In this document: positions 13,266 to 27,797 of the stretch, one piece after another | How the letters are laid out: each line of letters opens with the position of its first letter | How positions within the stretch are numbered: position 1 is the stretch's first letter | Source of the DNA: Eledone cirrhosa | Lineage: Eukaryota | Length of the DNA: 64,000 nt | Assembly: GCA_964016885.1 (NCBI GenBank) | Contig: OZ024764.1 | Coordinates: 19,964,001-20,028,000, forward strand | Direction of reading: 5' to 3' | Notes under the pieces: model-generated | What the model was told of the DNA's origin: nothing | Seen by the model: only the letters and a program-made list of their open reading frames with translations | The model's database searches: none | Translations under genes and position numbers: made by a program

Positions 13266-14907
13266 GAGGCATAACAAACTGAGGGTTCCCCAAGGGCCAC
13301 ATAGGTCACATGTGTTGTCTGAGGGTTGCACAGTGCAACTAATTATGTACACAACAACTAATTAAAGTCATTTAATAAAATTTAATATAGAAAGATTTGT
13401 TACTTAAATTTAGAAAGATACAATGTACATACAAATGTTTTAGCAGCATTCATGAATACAAAGTAATGAAGTAGTTTGATAAAAAACTAAAATTTAACAT
13501 GTCAACATATACTTGCAGATTATAACAGCAACAAATACATTGTACACATATAACAACAGTTGAAAACTGAACATTTATTTGCTACTATTCAACCATTTTT
13601 AGTGTTTTGTCCTGAGGCTTGACACTTCTTTCTGTTGACAATTTTTGGTATGTCTGGCTGAAATGTCTGTACAGTTTCAACTTTAATCAGAGATGACAAG
13701 TGTTGATCTGTCAGCCTTGTTCTCTGAGATGTTTTTGTTAAGCTAAGTACAGACTCAGTATGGGCAGTGATTTTCAGCTCTTTGCACATAAGAAAAGGAA
13801 TTAAATTTTCATCTGACAACGGAGACTTCCATAAGCTAAGTTTTCTAATGAAGAACTTGATGTCATCATACAACTGAGTGATGGGTTTGTTTTTACCTTG
13901 TAATTTCAAATTAAGGTCAGTTAATTGTGCAGTAATATCCACAAATAAAGCCAGATGTTGGAGCCAACTTTCATCTTTTATTTCATCTGTGTTTTGACTT
14001 TTCATCTCCAAAAACATAATTATTTCAGCACTTTGTGACATGTCAACCAGCAGACTTCTGTGTAGAATGGAACATCGGTGAACTGATTATCCATATCTTC
14101 CAACAACTGGCTGAACTGATGGTGGTTGAGAGCATGGCCTCTGATTTAGTTCACTGTCTTTGTGACCAAGCTAAGCACATGATGCAATTTTAAAATCTTT
14201 GAACATAAATTTTGTTGATGAATAATAGTGAAAATGTGCAAATGATGAATCTAGATATGAGGTTTCTATTTTTGTTTGTAACTTGGCAGCAACACCATTA
14301 TGTCTACCAACCATATTTGCAGCACTGTCAGTAGATAAACATGCAAGTTTACTCAGATCAAAACGATGCAGACCCTGCTTGACCTTCTCAAAGATGTCCT
14401 GGCTTGTTATAGTGTCATGCATGGGGACCTGTTCAATCAGTTCTTCATAAATATTAAATTCACTGTCACAGGCCCTGATGAAGAATGCAAGCTGTACTAT
14501 TCCAGTGATGTCAACAGTCTCTTCAATAGCAATAGAAACATGTTCAAACCTTGATGAAACAGCCTTTAACTGTTGTTTCAGATCACCTGACATTTCATTA
14601 ATCTGTTCAGCAACAGTGTTCCTGGTTAACGAAATGTCTTTGAATAACGCTGCTTTCTCCGGACAGTTTCAGCTGTTTTTACAAGACATTGCTTTACAAA
14701 ATCTTTACTGTGAGATTTCCCACTCATGGCAATTATTCAACTGAGTTCATAGCTTGCAGTAACGGAAGTGACATCCTCTTCCTGAATTAACATAAAACAG
14801 GTCTGTTGCTGTGTCAAGGTAGACTTCAATTCCTTGAGTCTTGAAACACACATTGGGCCTTCATATTTATCGTAAGATCGATGGTTTGTTTCATAATGTC
14901 TTTTTAA
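13266..14907 (-). mobile_element. hAT (Charlie/GTF2IRD2-like) transposase relic, 5'-truncated, copy 1
   Basis: AIEETVDITGIVQLAFFIR (cf. ALDESTD..QLAIFIR), STDSAANMVG, LALFVDITAQLTDLNLKLQG, RTRLTDQHL. Frameshifted with internal deletions. Confidence 0.88.
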
Positions 14908-16976
14908 ATTTAAAAATTATTTTTAAATGACTTAAAAGATAATTTTAAGGCAACGTGACCCAACAGCTCCCGGGTCGTCTAGTTTGTTACTAAATACTAG
15001 ATATTAGAGGGTCTTGTTCTAGATGTGCTGGAAGAGCTATTCCATCTCGTGAGGCTCACACCAGCAGCTAGCCACCTCAGCACCTATGGTGGTATATTTA
15101 TTATATTATTTATTCTTTATCATTAACATTAATATAAAAGATAATTATATATTTTTAGAGAAGAACCTCTAACTTCGTATAGCTTAGGGCTTCAGTAGGT
15201 AAAAGTCTGGCCCTGCTTGTCTTGTATTTTTTAGGGGAGAAGTTAGGGAATACGGTTATTGTGTGAAAGTTTTCTAAATCTTCTTCAGCCACTAACATGG
15301 AGAAGATATTTCAGTAAAAAGGTTCACATCCTGACATCTATAGCTGGTAACAATGAGATTGGAATTCATTATTAAACAAATGTTATATCATCATCACTGT
15401 TTTACATCAGTTTTTCCTTCCTGGCATGGGTTAGACGAGTTATCCTGTTGTAAGCAATGCCAGGTCAGGTGACCACGTGTTGCTCCTACAGAACCAATTT
15501 TGGTTTGGTTTCTACAGCTGGATGCCCTTCCTAGCACCAACCTTATTTACATTGAGTACTGGGTGCTTTTTACTATCTCACCAACTCGACCACTTTACAG
15601 TGTGGGCTGGGTGCTTTTTGTTGTGACACCTATATGACCACTTTACAGTGTGGGCTGGGTGCTTTTTGTTGTGACACCTACATGACCACTTTAAAGTTTT
15701 GACTGGGTGCTTTTTGTCGTGACACCTACATGACCACTTTATAGTGTGGACTGGGTACTTTTTGTTGTGACACCAACATGACCACTTTAAAGTTTTGGCT
15801 GGGGACTTTTTGTTGTCACCTACATGACCACTTTACAGTGTGGGCTGGGTGCTTTTTGCCGTGACACCTACGCAACCGCTTTACAGTGTGGGCTGGTTTC
15901 TTTTTGTCATATCACCTACATGACCACCTTATAATGTTTATTGTGTGTTCTTTGCAGTCTAAGCTGGCTTCTTTTTGTCATATCACCTCCATGACCACCT
16001 TATAATGTTTACTGTGTGTTCTTTGCAGTGTGGGCTGGTTTCTTTTTGTCATATCACCTCCATGACCACCTTATAATGTTTACTGTGTGTTCTTTACAGT
16101 GTGGGTTGGGTGCTTTTTGTCATATCACCTACCCAACCACTTTGCAGTGTGGGCAGTGAAATATCAGTAATGCACCAGCTCCAATATTCAGTAATCAGAA
16201 GGGAGGTAGGCATAAAAGCCAAACTTGCTGTCTTCAATTAGGTTTTTGTGCCAACCCTTACCTATGGTCACATATCTTCGGTAATGACCAAAATAATATG
16301 ATTGGGAATACAAATGGCAGATATGGGATTCCTCTGAAGGGTCTTTGAAGGAACGTTTCTCAATAAAGTGCATAGCTCTGAGATCAGAGAGTCACTCCAG
16401 GTGGAGCTGTTACTTCTCCTAATTGAGACATCACAGCTGCAATACTATGGCCATGTGGTTAGAATGTCTGAGGAAAGAATCACTGGATAGATTTTACAGG
16501 CAAAACTAACCAGCAGGAGACCCAGGGGTAGACCTGAGCAAGATGGTCACATAACATCCATGAGCTTGGCTGGTCTCTCTGGGAGATCCAGCCAGATCAG
16601 TTGGAGTGGGTTGCTTCTGACAGGACCTGTTGGAGGGACTGTTTGAGGACTCTGCCCCCAAGACCCTCTCTGGAATGACTGGATTAATAAGAAGAGGTTG
16701 AGGTTACATAATCAACATCAGATTTCCCTGCTAGCAAGGGTTTAATGAGTCTACTTCAACCAAGTAAGTACTGAAGTGAGGCTACTGATCTTCCAGACAG
16801 ACCAAGGATCTGAGACTTATTTACATAAGGTCTCATTAGCTACTGAGTGTACAGAAAAGGTTGTCATGTTTTTGTCATGATTGAAGGGTTCTCCAACACT
16901 ATTGTCGGGCAAGCTTTCTATGGCTAGATGTCCTTCACATGACCAACCACATTACAGCCTGTGTTTATCATGTAGG

Positions 16977-18622
16977 TGAGGCATAACAAACTGAGGGTTC
17001 CCCAAGGGCCACATAGGTCACATGTGTTGTCTGAGGGTTGCACAGTGCAACTAATTATGTACACAACAACTAATTAAAGTCATTTAATAAAATTTAATAT
17101 AGAAAGATTTGTTACTTAAATTTAGAAACATACAATGTACATACAAATGTTTTAGCAGCATTCATGAATACAAAGTAATGAAGTAGTTTGATAAAAAACT
17201 AAAATTTAACATGTCAACATATACTTGCAGATTATAACAGCAACAAATACATTGTACACAAATAACAACAGTTGAAAACTGAACATTTATTTGCCACTAT
17301 TCAACCATTTTTAGTGTTTTGTCCTGAGGCTTGACACTTCTTTCTGTTGACAATTTTTGGTATGTCTGGCTGAAATGTCTGTACAGTTTCAACTTTAATC
17401 AGAGATGACAAGTGTTGATCTGTCAGCCTTGTTCTCTGAGATGTTTTTGTTAAGCTAAGTACAGACTCAGTATGGGCAGTGATTTTCAGCTCTTTGCACA
17501 TAAGAAAAGGAATTAAATTTTCATCTGACAACGGAGACTTCCATAAGCTAAGTTTTCTAATGAAGAACTTGATGTCATCATACAACTGAGTGATGGGTTT
17601 GTTTTTACCTTGTAATTTCAAATTAAGGTCAGTTAATTGTGCAGTAATATCCACAAATAAAGCCAGATGTTGGAGCCAACTTTCATCTTTTATTTCATCT
17701 GTGTTTTGACTTTTCATCTCCAAAAACATAATTATTTCAGCACTTTGTGACATGTCAACCAGCAGACTTCTGTGTAGAATGGAACATCGGTGAACTGATT
17801 ATCCATATCTTCCAACAACTGGCTGAACTGATGGTGGTTGAGAGCATGGCTTCTGATTTAGTTCACTGTCTTTGTGACCAAGCTAAGCACATGATGCAAT
17901 TTTAAAATCTTTGAACATAAATTTTGTTGATGAATAATAGTGAAAATGTGCAAATGATGAATCTAGATATGAGGTTTCTAATTTTGTTTGTAACTTGGCA
18001 GCAACACCATTATGTCTACCAACCATATTTGCAGCACTGTCAGTAGATAAACATGCAAGTTTACTCAGATCAAAACGATGCAGACCCTGCTTGACCTTCT
18101 CAAAGATGTCCTGGCTTGTTATAGTGTCATGCATGGGGACCTGTTCAATCAGTTCTTCATAAATATTAAATTCACTGTCACAGGCCCTGATGAAGAATGC
18201 AAGCTGTACTATTCCAGTGATGTCAACAGTCTCTTCAATAGCAATAGAAACATGTTCAAACCTTGATGATACAGCCTTTAACTGTTGTTTCAGATCACCT
18301 GACATTTCATTAATCTGTTCAGCAACAGTGTTCCTGGTTAATGAAATGTCTTTGAATAACGCTGCTTTCTCCGGACAGTTTCAGCTGTTTTTACAAGACA
18401 TTGCTTAACAAAATCTCCTTTACTGTGAGATTTCCCACTCATGGCAATTATTCAACTGAGTTCATAGTTTGCAGTAACGGAAGTGACATCCTCTTCCTGA
18501 ATTAACATAAAACAGGTCTGTTGCTGTGTCAAGGTAGACTTCAATTCCTTGAGTCTTGAAACACACATTGGGCCTTCATATTTATCGTAAGATCGATGGT
18601 TTGTTTCATAATGTCTTTTTAA
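16977..18622 (-). mobile_element. hAT transposase relic, copy 2
   Basis: Near-identical to 13266-14907. Confidence 0.88.
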
Positions 18623-20704
18623 ATTTAAAAATTATTTTTAAATGACTTAAAAGATAATTTTAAGGCAACGTGACCCAACAGGTCCCGGGTGGTCTAGTTT
18701 GTTACTAAATACTAGATATTAGAGGGTCATGTTGTTCTAGATGTGCTGGAAGAGCCATTCCATCTTGTGAGGTTCACACCAGCAGCTAGCCACCTCAGCA
18801 CCTATGGTGGTATATTTATTATATTATTTATTCTTTATCATTAACATTAATATAAAAGATAATTATATATTTTTAGAGAAGAACCTCTAACTTCGTATAG
18901 CTTAGGGCTTCAGTAGGTAAAAGTCTGGCCCTGCTTGTCTTGTATTTTTTAGGGGAGAAGTTAGGGAATACGGTTATTGTGTGAAAGTTTTCTAATTCTT
19001 CTTCAGCCACTAACATGGAGAAGATATTTCAGTAAAAAGGTTCACATCCTGACATCTATAGCTGGTAACAATGAGATTGGAATTCATTATTAAACAAATG
19101 TTATATCATCATCACTGTTTTACATCAGTTTTTCCTTCCTGGCATGGGTTAGACGAGTTATCCTGTTGTAAGCAATGCCAGGTCAGGTGACCACGTGTTG
19201 CTCCTACAGAACCAATTTTGGTTTGGTTTCTACAGCTGGATGCCCTTCCTAGCACCAACCTTATTTACATTGAGTACTGGGTGCTTTTTACTATCTCACC
19301 AACTCGACCACTTTACAGTGTGGGCTGGGTGCTTTTTGTTGTGACACCTATATGACCACTTTACAGTGTGGGCTGGGTGCTTTTTGTTGTGACACCTACA
19401 TGACCACTTTAAAGTTTTGACTGGGTGCTTTTTGTCGTGACACCTACATGACCACTTTATAGTGTGGACTGGGTACTTTTTGTTGTGACACCAACATGAC
19501 CACTTTAAAGTTTTGGCTGGGGACTTTTTGTTGTCACCTACATGACCACTTTACAGTGTGGGCTGGGTGCTTTTTGCCGTGACACCTACGCAACCGCTTT
19601 ACAGTGTGGGCTGGTTTCTTTTTGTCATATCACCTACATGACCACCTTATAATGTTTATTGTGTGTTCTTTGCAGTCTAGGCTGGCTTCTTTTTGTCATA
19701 TCACCTCCATGACCACCTTATAATGTTTACTGTGTGTTCTTTGCAGTGTGGGCTGGTTTCTTTTTGTCATATCACCTCCATGACCACCTTATAATGTTTA
19801 CTGTGTGTTCTTTACAGTGTGGGTTGGGTGCTTTTTGTCATATCACCTACCCAACCACTTTGCAGTGTGGGCAGTGAAATATCAGTAATGCACCAGCTCC
19901 AATATTCAGTAATCAGAAGGGAGGTAGGCATAAAAGCCAAACTTGCTGTCTTCAATTAGGTTTTTGTGCCAACCCTTACCTATGGTCACATATCTTCGGT
20001 AATGACCAAAATAATATGATTGGGAATACAAATGGCAGATATGGGATTCCTCTGAAGGGTCTTTGAAGGAACGTTTCTCAATAAAGTGCATAGCTCTGAG
20101 ATCAGAGAGTCACTCCAGGTGGAGCTGTTACTTCTCCTAATTGAGACATCACAGCTGCAATACTATGGCCATGTAGTTAGAATGTCTGAGGAAAGAATCA
20201 CTGGATAGATTTTACAGGCAAAACTAACCAGCAGGAGACCCAGGGGTAGACCTGAGCAAGATGGTCACATAACATCCATGAGCTTGGCTGGTCTCTCTGG
20301 GAGATCCAGCCAGATCAGTTGGAGTGGGTTGCTTCTGACAGGACCTGTTGGAGGGACTGTTTGAGGACTCTGCCCCCAAGACCCTCTCTGGAATGACTGG
20401 ATTAATAAGAAGAGGTTGAGGTTACATAATCAACATCAGATTTCCCTGCTAGCAAGGGTTTAATGAGTCTACTTCAACCAAGTAAGTACTGAAGTGAGGC
20501 TACTGATCTCCCAGACAGACCAAGGATCTGACACTTATTTACATAAGGTCTCATTAGCTACTGAGTGCACAGAAAAGGTTGTCATGTTTTTGTCATGATT
20601 GAAGGGTTCTCCAACACTATTGTCGGGCAAGCTTTCTATGGCTAGATGTCCTTCACATGACCAACCACATTACAGCCTGTGTTGGGTGTGTTTATCATGT
20701 AGGT

Positions 20705-22349
20705 GAGGCATAACAAACTGAGGGTTCCCCAAGGGCCACATAGGTCACATGTGTTGTCTGAGGGTTGCACAGTGCAACTAATTATGTACACAACAACTAA
20801 TTAAAGTCATTTAATAAAATTTAATATAGAAAGATTTGTTACTTAAATTTAGAAACATACAATGTACATACAAATGTTTTAGCAGCATTCATGAATACAA
20901 AGTAATGAAGTAGTTTGATAAAAAACTAAAATTTAACATGTCAACATATACTTGCAGATTATAACAGCAACAAATACATTGTACATAAATAACAACAGTT
21001 GAAAACTGAACATTTATTTGCTACTATTCAACCATTTTTAGTGTTTTGTCCTGAGGCTTGACACTTCTTTCTGTTGACAATTTTTGGTATGTCTGGCTGA
21101 AATGTCTGTACAGTTTCAACTTTAATCAGAGATGACAAGTGTTGATCTGTCAGCCTTGTTCTCTGAGATGTTTTTGTTAAGCTAAGTACAGACTCAGTAT
21201 GGGCAGTGATTTTCAGCTCTTTGCACATAAGAAAAGGAATTAAATTTTCATCTGACAACGGAGACTTCCATAAGCTAAGTTTTCTAATGAAGAACTTGAT
21301 GTCATCATACAACTGAGTGATGGGTTTGTTTTTACCTTGTAATTTCAAATTAAGGTCAGTTAATTGTGCAGTAATATCCACAAATAAAGCCAGATGTTGG
21401 AGCCAACTTTCATCTTTTATTTCATCTGTGTTTTGACTTTTCATCTCCAAAAACATAATTATTTCAGCACTTTGTGACATGTCAACCAGCAGACTTCTGT
21501 GTAGAATGGAACATCGGTGAACTGATTATCCATATCTTCCAACAACTGGCTGAACTGATGGTGGTTGAGAGCATGGCCTCTGATTTAGTTCACTGTCTTT
21601 GTGACCAAGCTAAGCACATGATGCAATTTTAAAATCTTTGAACATAAATTTTGTTGATGAATAATAGTGAAAATGTGCAAATGATGAATCTAGATATGAG
21701 GTTTCTATTTTTGTTTGTAACTTGGCAGCAACACCATTATGTCTACCAACCATATTTGCAGCACTGTCAGTAGATAAACATGCAAGTTTACTCAGATCAA
21801 AACGATGCAGACCCTGCTTGACCTTCTCAAAGATGTCCTGGCTTGTTATAGTGTCATGCATGGGGACCTGTTCAATCAGTTCTTCATAAATATTAAATTC
21901 ACTGTCACAGGCCCTGATGAAGAATGCAAGCTGTACTATTCCAGTGATGTCAACAGTCTCTTCAATAGCAATAGAAACATGTTCAAACCTTGATGATACA
22001 GCCTTTAACTGTTGTTTCAGATCACCTGACATTTCATTAATCTGTTCAGCAACAGTGTTCCTGGTTAATGAAATGTCTTTGAATAACGCTGCTTTCTCCG
22101 GACAGTTTCAGCTGTTTTTACAAGACATTGCTTTACAAAATCTCCTTTACTGTGAGATTTCCCACTCATGGCAATTATTCAACTGAGTTCATAGCTTGCA
22201 GTAACGGAAGTGACATCCTCTTCCTGAATTAACATAAAACAGGTCTGTTGCTGTGTCAAGGTAGACTTCAATTCCTTGAGTCTTGAAACACACATTGGGC
22301 CTTCATATTTATCGTAAGATCGATGGTTTGTTTCATAATGTCTTTTTAA
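20705..22349 (-). mobile_element. hAT transposase relic, copy 3
   Basis: Near-identical to 13266-14907. Confidence 0.88.
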
Positions 22350-23470
22350 ATTTAAAAATTATTTTTAAATGACTTAAAAGATAATTTTAAGGCAACGTGA
22401 CCCAACAGGTCCCGGGTGGTCTAGTTTGTTACTAAATACTAGATATTAGAGGGTCTTGTTCTAGATGTGCTGGAAGAGCTATTCCATCTCGTGAGGCTCA
22501 CACCAGCAGCTAGCCACCTCAGCACCTATGGTGGTATATTTATTATATTATTTATTCTTTATCATTAACATTAATATAAAAGATAATTATATATTTTTAG
22601 AGAAGAACCTCTAACTTCGTATAGCTTAGGGCTTCAGTAGGTAAAAGTCTGGCCCTGCTTGTCTTGTATTTTTTAGGGGAGAAGTTAGGGAATACGGTTA
22701 TTGTGTGAAAGTTTTCTAAATCTTCTTCAGCCACTAACATGGAGAAGATATTTCAGTAAAAAGGTTCACATCCTGACATCTATAGCTGGTAACAATGAGA
22801 TTGGAATTCATTATTAAACAAATGTTATATCATCATCACTGTTTTACATCAGTTTTTCCTTCCTGGCATGGGTTAGACGAGTTATCCTGTTGTAAGCAAT
22901 GCCAGGTCAGGTGACCACGTGTTGCTCCTACAGAACCAATTTTGGTTTGGTTTCTACAGCTGGATGCCCTTCCTAGCACCAACCTTATTTACATTGAGTA
23001 CTGGGTGCTTTTTACTATCTCACCAACTCGACCACTTCACAGTGTGGGCTGGGTACTTTTTTACTTTTTGTCATGGCACCTACATGACCACTTTACAGTG
23101 AGTACTGGGTACTTTTTATCGTGACACCTATGTGACCACTTTACAGGGTGGACTGGGTACTTTTTGCCATGACACCAATGTGACCACTTTACAGTGTGGA
23201 TTGGGTACTTTTTGTCGTGACACCTACATGACCACTTTACAATGTGGAATGGGTACTTTTCGTTGTGACACCTACATGACCACTTTACAATGTGGAATGG
23301 GTACTTTTTGTTGTGACACCTACATGACCAATTTACAGTGTGGATTGTGTGCTTTTTGTCGTGACACCTACACAACCTCTTTACAGTGTTGGCAGTGAAA
23401 TCTAATGCACCAGCTTCAGTAATCAGAATATACATATACACACACACAAACAGAAATATATATATATATT

Positions 23471-26400
23471 CAGTGGTACCTTGACTTACAAGTGTCCCAA
23501 CTAATAAGTTTTTCGAGATACGAGCCCTCTTTCGGCTGATTTTTTGCGTTGAGTTCCAGAGTAAAATTCAGGTTACGAGTCAGCTTCAGATGCCTTGCCA
23601 CTAGTTGGCATAGTGACCGCCACAGGCAATACCGTAACACCCGCCCGGCATCCCATGGCTTCGAAAAAAGTGAGGGCGAAGGACAGTTCTGAGAAGAAGA
23701 AGCAGATGATGTGTATTGAATTAAAGAAAGAAATTATAGAAAAACATGACCAAGGTGTGTGTGTAGTGGACTTGGTGAAGCAGTACGAGCGTAGGACTTC
23801 TATATGTACCATACTGAAGTAGAAGGACTTGATAAAGGCTATAACCCCAGCTAAGGGTGGTAAAATAATTTCTAAACAGCGGACATCTATCCATGAAAAT
23901 ATGGAAAAGCTGCTGATGGTGTGGTTGACGGTGAAGCAGCTCGCAAGAGATACTGTGATGAAGATTATAATATGTGAGAAGGCACGAGCTATTTACGCTG
24001 ATTTGCTGCAGCAGACCCCAAATACTTCTACGGACGAGGCATCGGCAAGCCCTTTAATGCCAGTCAGTCGGGGTTGGTTTGAGAATTTTAAAAAGAGGAC
24101 CGGCATTCAATCCGTTGTCAGGCATGGTGAGGCAGCGAGCGCGGATGTGAAGGCAGCTGAGGATTACCTCAAAACCTTTGCCGGAATTATAGCAGCCGAA
24201 GGATACATCCCTCAGCAAGTCTTTAACTGTGATGAAACAGGACTTTTTTGGAAGAAGATGCCAAGGAGGACTTATATAACGGCAGAGGAGAAGAGGATGC
24301 CTGGCCACAAACCCATGAAGGATAGGCTAACCCTCGCACTGTGTGCCACTGAGCGGCGAGTGTAAGATTAAGTTGCCGCTCGTTTATCATTCAGAAAACT
24401 CCAGAACCTTTAAGTCACATAAGATTCTGAAAGAAAAACTGCAGGTTATGTGGAGGGCAAACCCGAGGTCATGGGTCACCAGGTAGTTCTTTGTGGAGTG
24501 GGTGAATTTGGTCTTTGGTCCTGACGTTAAAAAATATCTCCATGAAAATAACCTACCCCTGTAAACCCTTCTTGTCCTACATAATGCACCTGCTCACCCA
24601 CCCACCCTCGAAGAGTTCAAGTTTATAAAGGTCCTCTACCTTCCACCAAACACCACCCCTATCCTACAGCCCAAGGACCAGCAGGTACTTTCTAATTTCA
24701 AGAAGCTCTTCACCAAGCACCTGTTCAGTCGCTGCTTTGAAGTGACGGAGAGCACAAACTTCACCCTTGAGAGGTCTGGAAGGACCATTATAACATCGTG
24801 ATATGCCTCAGAATTATCGATATGACCTGGCAGGGTCTTACAAAGAGGACCTTGACCTCTACATGGAAGAAGCTGTGGCCTAAAGTTGTGTCTAAAACAG
24901 ACTTTGAAAGACTCGAACCCGAAGCGGCAGTGGTGGAGGAGATTGTACCCCTCGGTAAGGCCATGGGCCTGGACATGGATGAAGGTGACATCAACGAGCT
25001 CATCAAGGAGCACTCCGAGGAACTGACAACGAAGGAATTAAAGGAGCTACAGACACAGCAACACACGGAGTTTTTGCAGGAAATAGGTGACACAGAGGAG
25101 GTTATCTCAACAAGTGAGATGAAACAAACCCCATTAGACAGGTTTTTATCGAAAATCCCTGCAGATAAAAATGAGGAAAGCGTGACGAAAAGGGCAAAAA
25201 TCAGCGAATAAGATTCAGTTATTCAGTTCATCCTTTCTCCTCCGTCAACATCCTCAAGTCGTCTGATCTCCAAAATAGATGCTGTACATTATCTATATAC
25301 ATAAAACTGTGGTTGTCTGTCTGTCTATCGATTTTTGGCACACATCTCTTAGAATCTCTGACGGAATTGCACCGAAATTGCTATACTTGTACATTGAGCC
25401 CTAGCGAAGACATCGGAAAAAAAATATTTCAAATTGACCCACCCTATGTGACGAAATCGAATATAATGTATCGATTTTTGAGCGTAAGTTATCAGTTATT
25501 TCCCTTTGTTCTGTTTACATTGAGCGTCTTACGTAAACAATTACGCTGGCTTTCTCAGCGTTTAAAATGACATTAACACAATACACGAACAGTTGTCGAG
25601 CCAGCAAAATATTGACCTGCAAAATTCATCAGTTCGAACACTAAGCTTCCGTTTTGCTTCATTTCCATTTAAAAGCATTTTAAAACAATATTTTTACTTG
25701 AAAACAAGTCTATTTAAAGACTACGTAAAACAAGCAAATATTTCGTAAAAAAAAGCAAAAATTATATAAGTTTATTTAAAATATATGTATCTGTAAATTT
25801 CGTTAGGCGTGCAGACAGACAGTCGTGCAGACAGACAGTCGTGCAGAGAGGTGATATACGCGTGCAGACAGACAGTCGTGCAGAGAGGTGATATAGGCGT
25901 GCAGACAGACAGTCGTGCAGAGAGGTGATATAGGCGAGCAGAGAGGTGATATAGGCGTGCAGACAGACAGTCGTGCAGAGAGGTGATATAGGCGTGCAGA
26001 CAGACATAACTGATAATTTGGTTACGCTAATGTTTTTCTCTGCGTTGCAGTGTTTACATTTTCGATCTTTGTTAATAAATAACCAGTGCAGTTTTTATCC
26101 CCAGCATCCTCTTTTGTTATAACATTCGGGTTATCGTTATGTTTTCTTAACTTCATAAGGCATATTGTTGGTTGAGGGAATATTAATCAAAAACACCACA
26201 TGCAAGTCTGCACAGTAGACACTACAGTTTTTAAGCCAATAAAGAAACTTAACATTGTAACTTTAACACAGCTACTGAGCGACCCCGAGCAACGCCGGGC
26301 TTTACTGCTAGTACTTAATAAAACCAGTTTATTGTAGTACATTCTATTGTATTGTTTTTTTATATACAATATTTGTCATTTATAAGTACATTTTTCTTAT

Positions 26401-26560
26401 TTAAAAACACGTAACAAAACAAACTGTGGTTTTTGGTGTCTGGAACGGATTAATGGCATTTTATTTTATTTCAGTGGGGAAAATTGATTTGACATATGAG
26501 TAATTTAAGTTACGAGGTCCTCCACGGAACAAGTTAAACTCGTAAGTCAAGGTACCACAG
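23471..26560 (+). mobile_element. Tigger/pogo DNA transposon (decayed), copy A
   Basis: TIRs CAGTGGTACCTTGACTTAC / GTAAGTCAAGGTACCACAG. CENP-B HTH motif SRGWFENFKKR, DDE motif FNCDETGLFWK, and LPPNTT. Stops and frameshifts present. Confidence 0.93.
25292..26311 (+). mobile_element. Non-autonomous Helitron inserted in Tigger A, with an internal ~37-bp minisatellite (25806-26005)
   Basis: A|TCTATATACATAAAA...CCCGAGCAACGCCGGG hairpin...CTAG|T. Empty site TACATTA|TACTTAA at ~41472 in copy B; no TSD. Confidence 0.92.
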
Positions 26561-27183
26561 TGTATATATATATATGAAGGAACGATCGACTTTCGTCAAA
26601 TCGGACCGAGGAAGCAATGTTTCCATTGGTCTTTCCAAATGCTAGTACTAACGGTCGCAACTCCAGGTAGAAGGAACAACGTGATATAAAGTGTCTTGCT
26701 CAAGGACATAACGCATCGCCTGGTCCAAGAAGCGAACTCACAACCTCAAGATATATATATATATATATATAGTTAAATATTAGACAGGAACAAAAAACAG
26801 GCAGTGCAAATGGTAGTTTATACCGAGAGAGAGACAGACAAACACATATATACCTCTACTACAGTAAAACATAAAACATATGTAAGGAAAGAGAACTCTC
26901 GTTTCATCCCCCTCTTCTTTTTGACATACATTCTTTAGATACTTTGTTCAATGGAATCTACTTTATTTTGTGTCCTAAGTAGATTTCTGTTTAAGTATTT
27001 ACGAGATTCACAATGATTCACGTAACCAAGTTACTTACATAGAGATATATTTCACATAGAATCACAACAAATGAAAATATTAAGTCAACACACTGTCAAT
27101 CAGTCTCACATCACATGGGGTGCCGGAGTCTCCCTCTAATACTTTCTGAGACAGTCTTACCTTGAGTGATAGCAAGGCTAAGA

Positions 27184-27720
27184 TGTTGGAACTACCAAAC
27201 ACCCTCATATGTATCACCTGACACCTCGGTAAGGAGAGCTGCCAACGATAACAAGAACCTCGTTATCAGGGACCTATCTCCTCCAAACTTCTCCAACACC
27301 ACAGACTAGAATATTCTACTCTTTATTCCCTATCAAATATATTTCAGTCTAGTTATTTATCTTGTATCTTGTATATGTATTTTCAAAACTAACTGTCACA
27401 TTTGTGAGACCCCAGTTAGTGATGTTTTCGTCTCCCTCTCACATCCTACATGCTGTAGTAAAAGTGAGGGTCACTGCTTCCGTAGACGAACGAAATAAAA
27501 GTTAAACTACCAGTAATTATCGGCAGAGTATTTATTCCAGTCTGTGATGTTTGAGAAGCTGGGCTGCTGACAACGAAGTTGTTGTCACTGTTGGCAGCTG
27601 GCTTTACCGAAGTACCTGATGACTCTTGTGAGGGTACTTAGCTGTTCTGGTGGTTTAGCCTCCACGTGACCCGATCTTACCGAGATACCCGGTGATCTCT
27701 GTAAGAGTACTTAGCTGTTC
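27184..27720. mobile_element. Two diverged LTR-like repeats in inverted (tail-to-tail) orientation (also ~42924-43530)
   Basis: 27225-27315 resembles the reverse complement of 27530-27620. Ends abut as ...CCTACA-TGC-TGTAG... Confidence 0.5.
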
Positions 27721-27797
27721 TATTTTAATTACATTTACTGATTTCAACTTCATTTTTCTATTACAAACTTTACATAATTTAATTCGGTAAAAATATT

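Larger units (their letters stand above)
11239..23428 (+). repeat. 3.7-kb tandem triplication plus a partial fourth copy
   Basis: Units start at ~11239, 14908, 18623 and 22350. The ORF track shows near-identical 61/150/140-aa ORFs three times. Confidence 0.97.

Noticed and set aside
13589-14593. Domesticated GTF2IRD2-like gene, or a ZNF-transposase fusion
   Set aside because: Frameshifts, internal deletions, altered catalytic motif, opposite strand; identity between copies reflects recent duplication.
23132-23398. Cys-rich repeat ORF (also 56390)
   Set aside because: Translation of the 48-bp SINE-internal minisatellite.
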